64,000 nt of DNA, taken from assembly GCA_963809485.1 (NCBI GenBank), contig CAWEJX010000007.1, positions 288,001 to 352,000 of the forward strand. The letters are read 5' to 3'. Under the pieces are notes generated by a model. That model was not told the DNA's origin and did not search any database. It saw only the letters and a list, made by a program, of their open reading frames with translations. This stretch comes from an uncultured Acidobacteriota bacterium. Its GTDB lineage: Bacteria; Acidobacteriota; UBA6911. Shown here in pieces: positions 41,211-54,082 of the stretch. Within the stretch, counting starts at the first letter, position 1; each line of letters opens with the position of its first letter. The position numbers were made by a program, and so were the translations under genes.

Positions 41211-42686
41211 ATGAAAGACAAAAAAGTCGTGATCGTCGGCGGCGGCATCGCCGGTCTCTGCACGGGGATTTATCTTCAGAAAAACGGCTTTGAAACCGAA
41301 ATCCTGGAAATGCACTCTGCGGCGGGAGGCCTGGCCACAGCTTGGAAGAGGAGCGGATATACGTTTGAAAATTGCATTCATTGGTTTGTCGGCTCGAAGA
41401 CAGGAGAGGACATGAACTCGACCTGGAAGGAGGTCTTCGACCTGAGCAAGCTGGATTTCTACAATGATTCCGTCTATGAGGTGATCGAGCAGGAGGGCCG
41501 GAGCCTCGTCGTATACCGGAATGTCGATCGCATGGAACAGGAATTCCTGGCCAAGGCGCCCGAAGATGCGGAAAGCATCCGGCATTTTGCGGGGCTTGTC
41601 CGGAAGCTGGCCTCGCTGAAGCTGCCCGGCGGAGACAACCCGTTTGCCCGCCTGTTTTCCTACATCAAAGCCACTCCCTATCTCTGGCTGGTGGGCAAAA
41701 ATTCAAAAATCACGATGGGCGAATATGCGGAGAGATTTGCAAATCCGCTTCTGAAAAGCTTTTTTGCCTCCGGTCTCGGCGAACTGTCTCTCCTGGCCAT
41801 CGCCTTTTCTCTGGCCTGGATGTCGCGAGGCAATGCGGGGTATCCCATAGGCGGTTCGCTCAAGCTGATCGGTCTCATTGAAGAGCGATACATAAAGCTT
41901 GGCGGCAATATCCGGTTCGGGTCGAAAGTCGACAAAATTCTCGTGAAGAAGGGCAAGGCCGCGGGAGTCGAGCTTTCCGGAGGCAGAGAGATTGCCGCCG
42001 ACATTGTCGTATCGGCGGCAGACGGCCATTCGACCCTATTCCATCTGCTGAGTGGGGAATACCTGAGCGACGATGTCGAGAAGGCTTTCAAGACCTACAA
42101 GCCGTTTCCTTCCTACGTGCAGGTATCCATGGGTGTCCGTGCGGATTTGAGGGGAGAACCCGGATTTATCGGCCTGCACCGCGAAGCGGGAATCCTCGTG
42201 GATCCAAAAACCCGCACCAATTTCCTGGCTTTCCGCATCTTCAATTTCGACCCTACCTTTGCGCCGGAGGGAAAAACCGCGGTCGTATGTTTCATGGCGA
42301 CGAGATTCCATGAATATTGGGTGTCCCTGCGCCAGGCGGACAAGGCGAAATACGACGCCGAAAAAATGAGAATCGCGGACGAGGTTGTGAACGCTTTCCT
42401 GGAGCGCTTCCCGGCGGCAAAGGGCGCCATTGAAGTGGTGGATGTGGCAACGCCCGCAACGGTCATCCGCTATACCGGCAACTGGAAAGGAAGCATGGAA
42501 GGCTGGCTGATGACGCCGGAGACGGGCGTGAAGCAGCTTCCGCTCACTATTCCCCGTTTGAAGGAATTTTACATGGTCGGTCAATGGGTCAGCCCCGGCG
42601 GAGGCCTGCCTTCGGGCCTGCTGACCGCCAGGAACGCGGCAAGAATGATCTGCCGGGACAACAAAACAAAATTCAAAGCGGTTTGA
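41211..42686 (+). CDS. NAD(P)/FAD-dependent oxidoreductase, phytoene desaturase family
   Basis: VVIVGGGIAGL...GGLATAWKRSGYTFE; VATPATVIRYTGNWKGS; GQWVSPGGGLP. Confidence 0.88.
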   Translation: MKDKKVVIVGGGIAGLCTGIYLQKNGFETEILEMHSAAGGLATAWKRSGYTFENCIHWFVGSKTGEDMNSTWKEVFDLSKLDFYNDSVYEVIEQEGRSLVVYRNVDRMEQEFLAKAPEDAESIRHFAGLVRKLASLKLPGGDNPFARLFSYIKATPYLWLVGKNSKITMGEYAERFANPLLKSFFASGLGELSLLAIAFSLAWMSRGNAGYPIGGSLKLIGLIEERYIKLGGNIRFGSKVDKILVKKGKAAGVELSGGREIAADIVVSAADGHSTLFHLLSGEYLSDDVEKAFKTYKPFPSYVQVSMGVRADLRGEPGFIGLHREAGILVDPKTRTNFLAFRIFNFDPTFAPEGKTAVVCFMATRFHEYWVSLRQADKAKYDAEKMRIADEVVNAFLERFPAAKGAIEVVDVATPATVIRYTGNWKGSMEGWLMTPETGVKQLPLTIPRLKEFYMVGQWVSPGGGLPSGLLTARNAARMICRDNKTKFKAV

Positions 42687-42774
42687 GCCCAACGGCTCGG
42701 TGATCCTTGAACCCGGCATCCGGATACTTTATAACTTCCCGGTCATTTTCATCTGTCCATAAAGGAGAGACTGC

Positions 42775-44460
42775 GTGGCTCATCAGTACATTTATGTGAT
42801 GAAGGATTTGCGGAAGGTGTACCCGCCGAACCGCGAAGTCCTGAAAGGGATCTGGCTCTCATTTTTCCCGGGAGCGAAGATCGGGTTGATCGGCGCCAAC
42901 GGGGCCGGCAAAAGCACGCTTCTGAAAATCATGGCCGGCGTGACCAGGGATTTTCTCGGGGAGGCGTGGCCCGCAGAAGGCACCAGGGTCGGCTTTCTGC
43001 CGCAGGAACCCGAACTTGATCCTTCAAAGAACGTGCTCGGCAATGTGGAAGAGGGAGTCCGGGCAACGAGAGATCTGCTGGAGAGCTTTGACAAAATAAA
43101 CGCCCGCTTTGCCGAGGAGATGTCCCCGGAAGAGATGGACAAATTGCTCGCAGAGCAGGCGCGTGTGCAGGATGCCATCGATGCCTGCAACGGCTGGGAA
43201 ATCGAGCGCACGCTCGACATCGCCATGGATGCGCTGAGGCTCCCGCCCGGCGACGCCGACGTCGCGAAACTCTCCGGCGGCGAGCGGAGGAGGGTGGCCC
43301 TCTGCCGCCTGCTGCTCGAGCGCCCCGACCTGCTGCTGCTCGATGAGCCGACCAACCACCTCGACGCCGAGTCGGTCGCCTGGCTCGAACGGTTCCTGAA
43401 GGATTACCCCGGCACCGTGGTAGCGGTAACACACGACCGCTATTTCCTCGACAACGTCGCCGGGTGGATCCTGGAACTGGACCGCGGAGAGGGAATCCCA
43501 TGGCAGGGAAATTATTCCTCCTGGCTCGACCAGAAGCAAACGCGGCTTGAAGTGGAAGAGAAGCAGGAATCCGCGCGCCGGCGCACACTGCAGCGCGAGT
43601 TGGAGTGGGTGCGCATGTCGCCCCGCGCGCGGCAGGCCAAAGGCAAGGCGCGGCTGAACGCTTATGAGAAGCTGCTTGCCGACGAGACGGAGGCCGAGAA
43701 ACGCGTTCAGGCGACAGACCTGCACATCCCTCCGGGCCCGCGGCTGGGGGATCTGGTAGTTGAGGCCGCGAACCTCCGGAAAGGCTATGGCGACAAGCTC
43801 CTGATCGATGAGCTGTCTTTCAAGCTGCCTCCGGGCGGCATTGTGGGAGTGATCGGCGCAAACGGGGCGGGGAAGACGACGCTTTTCCGGATGATCGGCG
43901 GCGAGGAAGCGCCCGATGGAGGGACTCTCGGGATCGGCGAGACAGTGAAAATCGCATATGTCGACCAGAGCCGCGAGACTTTGAACGGGGAGCGGCAGGT
44001 CTGGGAGGAAATCAGCGACGGGCGCGATATTGTTGTTTTGGGAAAACGCGAGGTGCCGGCGCGGTCTTATGCCGCGGCATTTAATTTCAAAGGCTCGGAT
44101 CAGCAGAAGCGCGTGAAGGATCTGTCCGGCGGCGAACGCAACCGTGTCCACCTGGCCAAGGTTTTAAAGAGCGGCGGAAACCTGCTGCTGCTCGACGAGC
44201 CGACCAACGATCTGGACGTCGATACGCTGCGGTCTCTCGAAGATGCGCTCGTGTCCTTTGCCGGTTGCGCAGTAGTGATAAGCCACGACCGATGGTTTTT
44301 GGACCGGATAGCGACCCACATCCTTGCATTCGAAGGGGACTCGAAGGTGGTGTGGTTTGAGGGAAACTATCAGGATTACGAGGCAGACCGCAAGCGGCGG
44401 CTGGGGGCGGTTGCCGACCAGCCGCACCGGATCAAGTACAAACCGCTGGTAAGAGGCTGA
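42775..44460 (+). CDS. ettA: Energy-dependent translational throttle protein (ABC-F)
   Basis: [10 protein letters not shown], two Walker A / LSGGER / LLDEPTN sets, [16 protein letters not shown] linker, [10 protein letters not shown] end. Confidence 0.96.
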   Translation: MAHQYIYVMKDLRKVYPPNREVLKGIWLSFFPGAKIGLIGANGAGKSTLLKIMAGVTRDFLGEAWPAEGTRVGFLPQEPELDPSKNVLGNVEEGVRATRDLLESFDKINARFAEEMSPEEMDKLLAEQARVQDAIDACNGWEIERTLDIAMDALRLPPGDADVAKLSGGERRRVALCRLLLERPDLLLLDEPTNHLDAESVAWLERFLKDYPGTVVAVTHDRYFLDNVAGWILELDRGEGIPWQGNYSSWLDQKQTRLEVEEKQESARRRTLQRELEWVRMSPRARQAKGKARLNAYEKLLADETEAEKRVQATDLHIPPGPRLGDLVVEAANLRKGYGDKLLIDELSFKLPPGGIVGVIGANGAGKTTLFRMIGGEEAPDGGTLGIGETVKIAYVDQSRETLNGERQVWEEISDGRDIVVLGKREVPARSYAAAFNFKGSDQQKRVKDLSGGERNRVHLAKVLKSGGNLLLLDEPTNDLDVDTLRSLEDALVSFAGCAVVISHDRWFLDRIATHILAFEGDSKVVWFEGNYQDYEADRKRRLGAVADQPHRIKYKPLVRG

Positions 44461-44558
44461 AAAGCAGCCGGCTCCGGAGAGCCATGCATAAATTTTAACG
44501 CTGACGCACGCCGATAAACGCTGACGCACGCTGAAAAATTATTAATAATCCTTGATCC

Positions 44559-44593
44559 CAAAGGGTTGCCGCAATAAGTGCGGCAACCCTTTG
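44559..44593. terminator. Hairpin terminator between convergent ettA and subtilase genes
   Basis: CAAAGGGTTGCCGCA-ataag-TGCGGCAACCCTTTG, perfect 15-bp stem. Confidence 0.75.
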
Positions 44594-44607
44594 ATGATTT
44601 ACGTTTG

Positions 44608-47581
44608 CTATGGCGTATCTACGCGAACGATTGTCGGATTGGGCAAGCCCGTGGTTGCGCCATCGTAGGCGACGCTGCCAAGGTACTTCGTGGCAGGAGC
44701 CAGACCGCTGAATGTCAGATTAATTGCACCAGTCTCGCCGATTTCCGCAGTGTCAGGCGCACTGACAGTCATGTTGCCTTCCGCAGTGCTGCCCAGCACC
44801 CATGTGAATAAGGTGAACGTCGATGGATTTCCCGTTGCGTATCCATCGACCTCAACATAATAGGTACCCTCCGCAGGATTGGGCAAATTAACCTCTTCGT
44901 TAGAAGTAGCGCCGCCGCTGGAACCCACCAGAGCAAGTGCGCTGTTGTAGACATACAAGTCCAGATCGCTGGCCGGACTGACGTTGGCGTCGAACAGGGA
45001 GAAGCGGGCATAATGTAGCCCCTACCGGAACATCCACTTCGTAGCGTTGATATCCGCCGGTGTTCACGGAGTCGTCGAAGGTAATCGCCGGGACAAGGCC
45101 GCGAGCCGCGGCAGTAAACGCGCCGGTATAGCCAAAGCCCACGTTGTAGCTGATCGGGCCACCGGTGCCCGAAACCTGCATCGGCGCGCCCAAGGCAACC
45201 GGCTTGACAACCATGGGGATGCGGACGTTGTGCAGGCCGTCGGTCCATGTGAGTTGCCCGCCCGCGTATTCATTCAGTGCCGCGTCGACGCGGGTGAACT
45301 TGACGGTGAAGGTGCCGGTTTGGCCCGGAGCCAGCGTCAGCGCGGCCGGAGTGATTTCAACAGAGAAGCCGGTCATTCCGGTAACGGAAGGCACGTACGT
45401 TGCATGGGCACCGACATTGGTAACCTTGCGTGTCACGGTCTGCGCGCCGGCCATTTCGCCGATGGCGATCGAGGCCACGTTCAGGTCGCTGGGATCTGTA
45501 GAATACCCCATATCTTGAAGAATGCCGCACACATCGGGATTTACGCCGGTCGTTGTTCCGCACAGGAAAGACAGCCAGTCGTTCCAGCCTGCGTTGAACA
45601 CGAGGCCCGGATCGGCTGCGCTATTGGGCTGAATGTGCCCGGCACCCTGGCTGAAAATAACAGACGGGCTGGTGTTCGGACCATCCAGGACATCGTAAGC
45701 CGAAGTCATAATCGCCGACTTGATCATCATCGGCGTCCAGCCGGGCTTCATCTGTTTAAACATGGCGGCCAGGCCGGCCACGTGCGGCGTGGACATGGAG
45801 GTGCCGCTGAAAAGGTTGAAACTGAGCCCGCCGCCGCTTGCCGGCGAAACCGCAGCCAGAACATCCTGTCCGGGAGCCATCACATCCGGCTTCAGCAGGT
45901 CCCCCCCGCCGGCTCTCAGCGGTCCGCGCGACGAGAAGGAAGCGGTGTATGGGGCTGGGGTGCTATAGTCGATAACGGCCTTGTTTATGGTCGCGGTGGC
46001 TCCGGATTCGGCAGCGTAGGCTTTGACGGCTGCACGATCGGTGTTTTGCAGATGCACGGTCGGGACATAGTGCACATCAGCATTCAGAGTGCCGGCGGCC
46101 ACATTGACCAGGATCATGCCTGCTCCGCCGGCTTCCCTGACTGCATAGCTCTTATTAACGCGCGCCGTGACGCCGCGATCACAGACCACGATCTTGCCGG
46201 CGACCTTTGCAGGATCGAGCACGTTGCCGCCGTCGAGCGAGCCGTAGCAGAGCGCAACCTGCGTTGGATCCGCACCGGGCAGACCGGCCGCAGTCGAATC
46301 GATCAGAGGCGCTATTACAACCGCGGCCGCCAATGAAGGACCATAGTAGGTACCGCCATTGCCCAGAGTCACAGAACCGTTTACACTTCGATTGTGCGTG
46401 CCGGCAGCTACCGTAGTGGTCCATGGGCTGGGGTGCGCCACGGTTGAGACAGTCGGGCCGCTATTGCCTGCTGATGTAGCAACGAAGATGCCTGCATTCG
46501 CGGCATATAGGAAGGATACTTCCACGGGGTCAAGGAAATTTGTCTGGGAACCGCTGACCGAATAGCTGATCACATCGACCCCATCCACGACCGCCTGATC
46601 AATCGCGGCAACCAGATCTGAGTTATATCCGCTGCAGGTGATGGCAGCCTGTGTGGACCATAAAGCCTTGTACATGGCAATGCGGGCGCGAGGCGCAATG
46701 CCGCTTATTTTGCCGAAAGCTTCCGTTGGCCCGGTCGCCTGGACTCCATTATTTCCCCCGGCGGTGGAAGAAGTGTGCGTGCCATGGCCGTTATAATCGC
46801 GCGGTGATGTGAATTCCCAGGGGAGTAGAGCCTCAATAGCTGCGTTGCCACCCCAGCCTTCGTTAAAATATTGCGCCCCGATCAGCTTCTGGTTGCACAG
46901 GGTAGTTTTGAATTGCTCGCCGCGAACACATTTGCCGTGCCAGCCCGGGATCTGCCGATAGCTCAGTTTGCCGTCTTTGGAAGCATTGCCATTCTTGCCG
47001 GTGCGATCGGTAAAGCTGAGGCTTTCCGGCCATATGCCGGAATCCACCATCCCTATGATGATGCCTTCGCCTGCTTTGCCCGCGCCGCCCAGCTGACTCC
47101 AAAGCCCGCCAGGGGCATCAAGGCCCAGGAAGGTGGGCGTAGAGGAGGTGTCCATATGATGGATCTCGTCCTTGCTCACAGCTTCCACGCCGGCAACCTT
47201 TTTCATGGCCTCAGCCTGAGCCGCGCTCAATTTTGCCGCAAAGCCGTTGTAAGTATAGCGATAATCGTACAGCTTGCGCCCTCCGCCTACGGCCGCCAGG
47301 GCTTCGTTGTGGCGGCTGTCAAGATATCCCACATATTTGACAACGTCGGCGTTGTATGGACCAATCTTCTGCCCCTTCCCGGGCTTGGTAGCTTTGTAGC
47401 CGGCTATTCCGCCCCCATAGGCCACTACAGGAGCTTGAACCATCTGAACGATGTAGATGTCAGAGGCAATGATTTCTTTTGCCAGGCTTACGCCCGGATC
47501 CGGATCCTGCGAAATCGCAGGCAATGCCAGGACCAGAGCCGCCAATAGGGTGAACAAAGGCAGCAGTCTCTTTGTCTTCAT
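44608..47581 (-). CDS. S8A subtilase with I9 propeptide, PA domain, Fn3-like and PPC domains; one indel near 45010
   Basis: Signal peptide; YNGFAAKLS; DSGIWPES (Asp); GHGTHTSSTA (His); GTSMSTPH (Ser); GKIVVCDRG (PA); C-terminal PPC in 44608..44958. Confidence 0.92.
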
Positions 47582-48121
47582 AAAACCTTCCTTGTCGATG
47601 GATTGGATTCTGTGAATCTGCACGAGCACTTAAAGAATTATTAAATGCATGCTACACGCAACATCCGAAATCAGGTGGACAGGGCACAGCCCTCCCCGCC
47701 AAAAAGATAAGCAATTCGGTATCCAGGATTGGAAATTTCTTAACTTATTGATACATATATAGATGCAATAAAGCCTGCCTGCGGCCGGCTGCAATTGTGT
47801 AAAAAACTCTTACATTCAACGACGGCCGCCCATCTGAGAAATAATGCTAAATGCCTGTGAATACAAGATATGCGTTGATATTGAAGCAGTGTAAAGCCAG
47901 TTTACAGTGTAATCCGGATTTGTAAGTCTGGGGTCTGAAACTGCAACCTCCCGGGCATGCGGCACCTGAAAATCCGGGAAATAAATCCGTGCGGAAGCTC
48001 TACAAGAATAATGCGCCAGGCGTCACGGATTGGAAGCAAAATAGCGCTCAGCGGCTGCCCCTGGAATTTGCGGCAGCAGTCCAGCATAAAAAAGGTCATT
48101 CGAAAATCGGGAGGCCCGGAA

Positions 48122-49486
48122 ATGAAAACGCGTTTAGCTTTTTCAGTATTATTGATGATCGCCCTGACGGGCGTTTATTTCCCGGCTTCAGGCCAGAGCC
48201 TGAAGGCCATGATTGGAATTAACGTCGTTTTGAATACCGACATTACCAAAGCCATACTTGCCGATCTCGGAAAGCACGGCAAAGTGCGCGATGTGATTTA
48301 CGAAATCGATGCAGTGACTCTTCAGGCGCGCGCGGATGAACTCGAGGTCATCCGTTCGCTGCCTTATGTGGCGGCGGCCAATCCCGACGTTACCCGCGCC
48401 GGCTCTCCGGTTGATACCGTTGCAGCTACCGATTTCATGGACGGTTTAAGCACCTGGGACCTGGATGCCATCAACGTCACGGATTTCGGATTCAATAACC
48501 GGCAGGTAGCTTCCGATGGAACAGGCGTCTATGTCGCCGTGCTGGATACCGGATTGCTGGATTCCTGGCGGCAGTATTTCCCGCAGGAGCGTATTGCCGA
48601 AGAATATGGCATTTCCTTTGGCGGAGGCGGCGGGGAGATGGGGACTGTTTCGTCGCAACCAAACAAGTGGGAACACGACCAGAACTCGCACGGCACTCAC
48701 GTTACCAGCACCATTCTGGGCTATTCGTTGGGTGGGACTCCAGTCAACGGCGTCGCGCCCATGGCCACAGTCATACCGGTCAAGGTCCTCAACCAGACCG
48801 GCCGCGGCTGGTCCTCCGTGGTCGCGCGCGGCATCGCGTATGTGGGAGAATTGAAGGAAGGGCCTTTAGCCGATTATCCTGTGGTAATCAATATGAGCCT
48901 GAGCGGCTCTGTGCTCGACGCCATGGAAAAAGCGGCAATCGATTATGCCATCAGCCAGGGCGTGATCATCGTGGCTTCGGCAGGCAATAGAGGGTCGGGC
49001 GGAATGGGCTATCCCGGCGGCTATGCACCTGTCATCTCGGTAGCAGCCTCGGGTTGGATTGGTGAATGGACGTCAGCAACATGGTGGTATGCAGTCAATG
49101 TGGCTGATCCCACGAATCACGAAGACTTTTATATTGCGGATTTCTCAAGCCGGCAAAAGGCAGGCCAAGACCTCGATGTCGCGGCTTCCGGCTCTTGGGT
49201 TGTCGGTCCGTATCAGGTGAATAGCGGCCAGCTTTCCTACTACTTCCTCGGCGGCACGAGCATGGCCTCTCCGCATGTTGCCGGCATTGTAGCTCTGATG
49301 GCGCAGAAACAGCCGGAGTTAATTGCATCACAAGCAGAAATTATCTTGGAGGACTCAGCCGTACCGCTTCCGGCCGGCTGCCGCACTGTTATGCAGCCTG
49401 GTGGATCTGTCGAGTTTTGCTGGGGAGCCGATGCCACCGGCGCAGGTCTTGTTGACGCTGCTGCAGCCCTGGCAGCAACACCATAG
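48122..49486 (+). CDS. S8 family serine peptidase
   Basis: Signal peptide; VAVLDTG, HGTHVTS, SAGN, GTSMASPHVAG. Confidence 0.92.
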   Translation: MKTRLAFSVLLMIALTGVYFPASGQSLKAMIGINVVLNTDITKAILADLGKHGKVRDVIYEIDAVTLQARADELEVIRSLPYVAAANPDVTRAGSPVDTVAATDFMDGLSTWDLDAINVTDFGFNNRQVASDGTGVYVAVLDTGLLDSWRQYFPQERIAEEYGISFGGGGGEMGTVSSQPNKWEHDQNSHGTHVTSTILGYSLGGTPVNGVAPMATVIPVKVLNQTGRGWSSVVARGIAYVGELKEGPLADYPVVINMSLSGSVLDAMEKAAIDYAISQGVIIVASAGNRGSGGMGYPGGYAPVISVAASGWIGEWTSATWWYAVNVADPTNHEDFYIADFSSRQKAGQDLDVAASGSWVVGPYQVNSGQLSYYFLGGTSMASPHVAGIVALMAQKQPELIASQAEIILEDSAVPLPAGCRTVMQPGGSVEFCWGADATGAGLVDAAAALAATP

Positions 49487-49504
49487 CAGATAGCAGCTAT
49501 CGAA

Positions 49505-49551
49505 AAAGCAGCCACGATTTTAGCGAATTTATGCTGACTCGTGGCTGCTTT
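49505..49551. terminator. Bidirectional terminator-like hairpin
   Basis: AAAGCAGCCACGA...TCGTGGCTGCTTT between convergent genes. Confidence 0.6.
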
Positions 49552-49567
49552 CCCTATTTTGGAGGGA

Positions 49568-49945
49568 TCACTTCTTCCGCTTCATCAGCGCATCCAGGCC
49601 GGCGAAGGGACTGTACGTGGAGACGGAGCCCTGCGGGCCGCCGGCTTCCGGCCCTTCGGACCAGTCCGCGACGGAGTGCCGGTCGTGCTCGTTATCGTGG
49701 CAATACACGCACAGCAGTTCCCAGTTGCTGCCGTCGGGCGGGTTGTTGTCGTGGTTGTGGTCTTTGTGGTGGACGGTGAGCTCCCGCAGCCGCTTGCCTT
49801 CGAATTCGCGCCCGCAGCGCCCGCAGATCGGCGGGAACATTTTGAGCGCCTGCTCGCGATATCCCCTCATGCGAGCTTCCTGTTCGCGCCGCAGCGCGGC
49901 AACGAAATCCCTGTCGCTGTCCGGCCGTGATTTGTTTTGGGCCAT
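49568..49945 (-). CDS. yajD: YajD family HNH nuclease
   Basis: YREQALK..PPICGRCGREF...ELTVHHKDHNHDNNPPDGSNWELLCVYCHDNEH. Confidence 0.92.
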   Translation of the reverse strand: MAQNKSRPDSDRDFVAALRREQEARMRGYREQALKMFPPICGRCGREFEGKRLRELTVHHKDHNHDNNPPDGSNWELLCVYCHDNEHDRHSVADWSEGPEAGGPQGSVSTYSPFAGLDALMKRKK

Positions 49946-50072
49946 GAGATCCTCCGTCCTGAATGCTTTCCGTTTACAGCTCGATTGAATCCCTGCAGGC
50001 TATCATTGTAATGGAACCAGGTGCCCTTTTTGTCAACGGAATAGTCTATAATCAAGAGATGTAGAGGTGCAT

Positions 50073-51374
50073 ATGAAACCGATTCGTGTGGGTCTTTTGG
50101 GGCTGGGTACTGTCGGGGCGGGGGTTGCCAGGGTCTGGCATTCGCACCGTGAAGAGCTGGAAGAAAAAATCGGCGCTTCCATCGTTTTGAGCGTCATTGC
50201 GGATCTGGATGTCCTGAATCCGCGCAAAGGACTCACGCTCACCGAGCTTCCTCTTACGACGGATCCCGCAGCGGTGCTGGATAATCCCGACGTTGATATC
50301 GTCGTCGAACTGATCGGCGGCCTCGAACCGGCGCGAAGCTTTATCCTGCGCGCCCTCGTGAACGGCAAGCATGTCGTCACGGCCAATAAGGCGCTTCTGG
50401 CAACTCACGGAGACGAGCTTTACGCCGAAGCACGCCGGCAGGGCCGGATGCTATCGTTCGAGGCCGCCGTCGCCGGGGGCATTCCGCTGATACGGTCCGT
50501 CAAGGAAGGCCTGGTGGCCAACCGCATCACGTCCCTTTATGGGATCGTCAACGGCACCTGCAACTACATCCTCACCAAAATGACGGATGAGGGCCAGGAA
50601 TTCGGCCGCGTCCTGGCGGAGGCGCAGGCAAAAGGTTATGCCGAAGCCGATCCGACCTTTGATGTGGAAGGGATCGACTCCGCTCACAAGCTTCAAATCC
50701 TTTCCACGCTGGCTTTCCGGACCTCCGTAAAGCTCAAGGATATCTATGTAGAAGGCATCTCCAAAATTACGCCCGAGGACATCACCATCGCCCGGGAGAT
50801 GGGATTCCGCATAAAACTGCTGGCCATCGCCAAAGCCGCCAATGGAGCCCTGGAAATGCGCGTGCATCCGACGATGATTCCGGAAAGCTCGCCTCTGTCG
50901 GCCGTTTCGGGCGTGTTCAACGCCATCTTCCTGAACGGGGATGTCGTGAATGACCTCATGTTCTATGGACGCGGCGCCGGGCAGATGCCCACGGCCTCGT
51001 CTGTCTGGGCGGATATCGTGGAAATCGCCCGCAGGCTGGCGGCCGGGCAGGCGGCGGTTCCTCAGGATCTCCCGGTGCTGGGGCACAAGCCGCTAACCCT
51101 GAAGCCCATGGAGGAGGTTTCTTCGGCCTACTATCTGAATGTTTCCGTCCTGGATCAACCCGCGGTCCTTGCCCAGATCGCCGGGATCCTCGGCAAATAT
51201 GAAATCAGCATCGCCAGTGTGCTGCAGAGGGTCCGCCAGCATGCCAAAGCCGTCCCTGTGGTGATGATGACGCATGAAGCTCCGGAAGGGTCGATGCAGA
51301 AAGCGTTGCAGGAAATCAACGCGTTGCGGGTGGTCGTCGCCGGCACCCGGATGATACGCGTGGAGGATTCCTAG
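50073..51374 (+). CDS. hom: Homoserine dehydrogenase with C-terminal ACT domain
   Basis: GLGTVG, HVVTANKA, FEAAVAGGIP, GYAEADPTFDVEG, YGRGAG, ACT domain. Confidence 0.95.
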   Translation: MKPIRVGLLGLGTVGAGVARVWHSHREELEEKIGASIVLSVIADLDVLNPRKGLTLTELPLTTDPAAVLDNPDVDIVVELIGGLEPARSFILRALVNGKHVVTANKALLATHGDELYAEARRQGRMLSFEAAVAGGIPLIRSVKEGLVANRITSLYGIVNGTCNYILTKMTDEGQEFGRVLAEAQAKGYAEADPTFDVEGIDSAHKLQILSTLAFRTSVKLKDIYVEGISKITPEDITIAREMGFRIKLLAIAKAANGALEMRVHPTMIPESSPLSAVSGVFNAIFLNGDVVNDLMFYGRGAGQMPTASSVWADIVEIARRLAAGQAAVPQDLPVLGHKPLTLKPMEEVSSAYYLNVSVLDQPAVLAQIAGILGKYEISIASVLQRVRQHAKAVPVVMMTHEAPEGSMQKALQEINALRVVVAGTRMIRVEDS

Positions 51375-53201
<1,827 letters not shown>

Positions 53202-53228
53202 CTGTCGGGGCTGATTTCAAAACAACAC

Positions 53229-53296
53229 AACCACGAAAAACACGAATGACACAAAATAAGGATTTGTCATTTCGTGTTTTTTGTGTATTTCGTGGT
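53229..53296. repeat. Inverted 9-mer array, same family as 26986-27047
   Basis: AACCACGAAAAACACGAATGACAC...TTCGTGTTTTTTGTGTATTTCGTGGT. Confidence 0.7.
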
Positions 53297-53300
53297 CCAT

Positions 53301-53966
53301 CTACTGGGTCATCCAGCGGGCGGAAGGCCAGCCCAGATGTGCGTGGGAATTAAACAGCCGCAAAAGCGGATGGGGGCCCCACTCCATGACGCTGATGGTG
53401 CCCGGGTCGAGAAACAGGCGGCGGGAAACCTGAGGGCTCACTCCCAGGGCCGCTGCAAGCAATGCCTTTATCGGGCCTACATGGCTGACCAGCACGACCG
53501 ATGAGCCTGCAAACTCCTCCTTCAGCTCCTCCACCAGGCGGATCACCCTCTTCTGGACATCGTTGATGGATTCGCCTCCGGGCGGCGCACAGGAAGGGTC
53601 CGATTCCCAGCGGGCAAGCAGTTCGGCATCCGGGTTGCCCAGCTCGAGAACCTCGGCGCGGCTGAGTCCTTCCCATCTGCCAAAACTGCCCTCCGCCAGC
53701 CGCCGGTCCAGACGAAGCTCAACGCCGCATGCCTTTTGAATCGGCGCCGCAGTATCCGCGGCGCGGAGCATGGGGCTGGAGATAATGGCGGCTATCGGAA
53801 TCTGTGAGAGCGCATCGGCAACATGGAGCGCCTGGCGCATCCCATTTTCCGTGAGGGGTTCATCACGGGTTCCGAGATACCGCATCCGGGCGTTTTCCGC
53901 GGTTTCGCCGTGGCGCACCAGGAAAAAACGCAGCGGCTTTTGCGATATTGAATCCATCGGCAACAC
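53301..53966 (-). CDS. Histidine phosphatase family protein
   Basis: LVRHGET, SSPMLRA, EGSFGRWEG, PPGGES, VSHVG. Confidence 0.92.
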   Translation of the reverse strand: MLPMDSISQKPLRFFLVRHGETAENARMRYLGTRDEPLTENGMRQALHVADALSQIPIAAIISSPMLRAADTAAPIQKACGVELRLDRRLAEGSFGRWEGLSRAEVLELGNPDAELLARWESDPSCAPPGGESINDVQKRVIRLVEELKEEFAGSSVVLVSHVGPIKALLAAALGVSPQVSRRLFLDPGTISVMEWGPHPLLRLFNSHAHLGWPSARWMTQ

Positions 53967-54082
53967 ACCTCGCCAATTTTTTCGTGGACTTATACTATTA
54001 TAGATCGAGTCTTTTCAGGAAAAGAGAATCGCCCGACCAGTCCATAATTTTGGGATTCGCGGGAATTCGGACGGAACTGCCA

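Noticed and set aside
45047-46336. Long antisense ORFs (e.g. 45047..46336, 43024..44151, 57780..58877, 2895..3956)
   Set aside because: Shadow frames opposite well-supported genes in GC-rich DNA, with no recognisable motifs
49568-49945. HNH protein as a homing endonuclease or defence effector
   Set aside because: Matches the small conserved YajD family; no intron, element ends or partner genes
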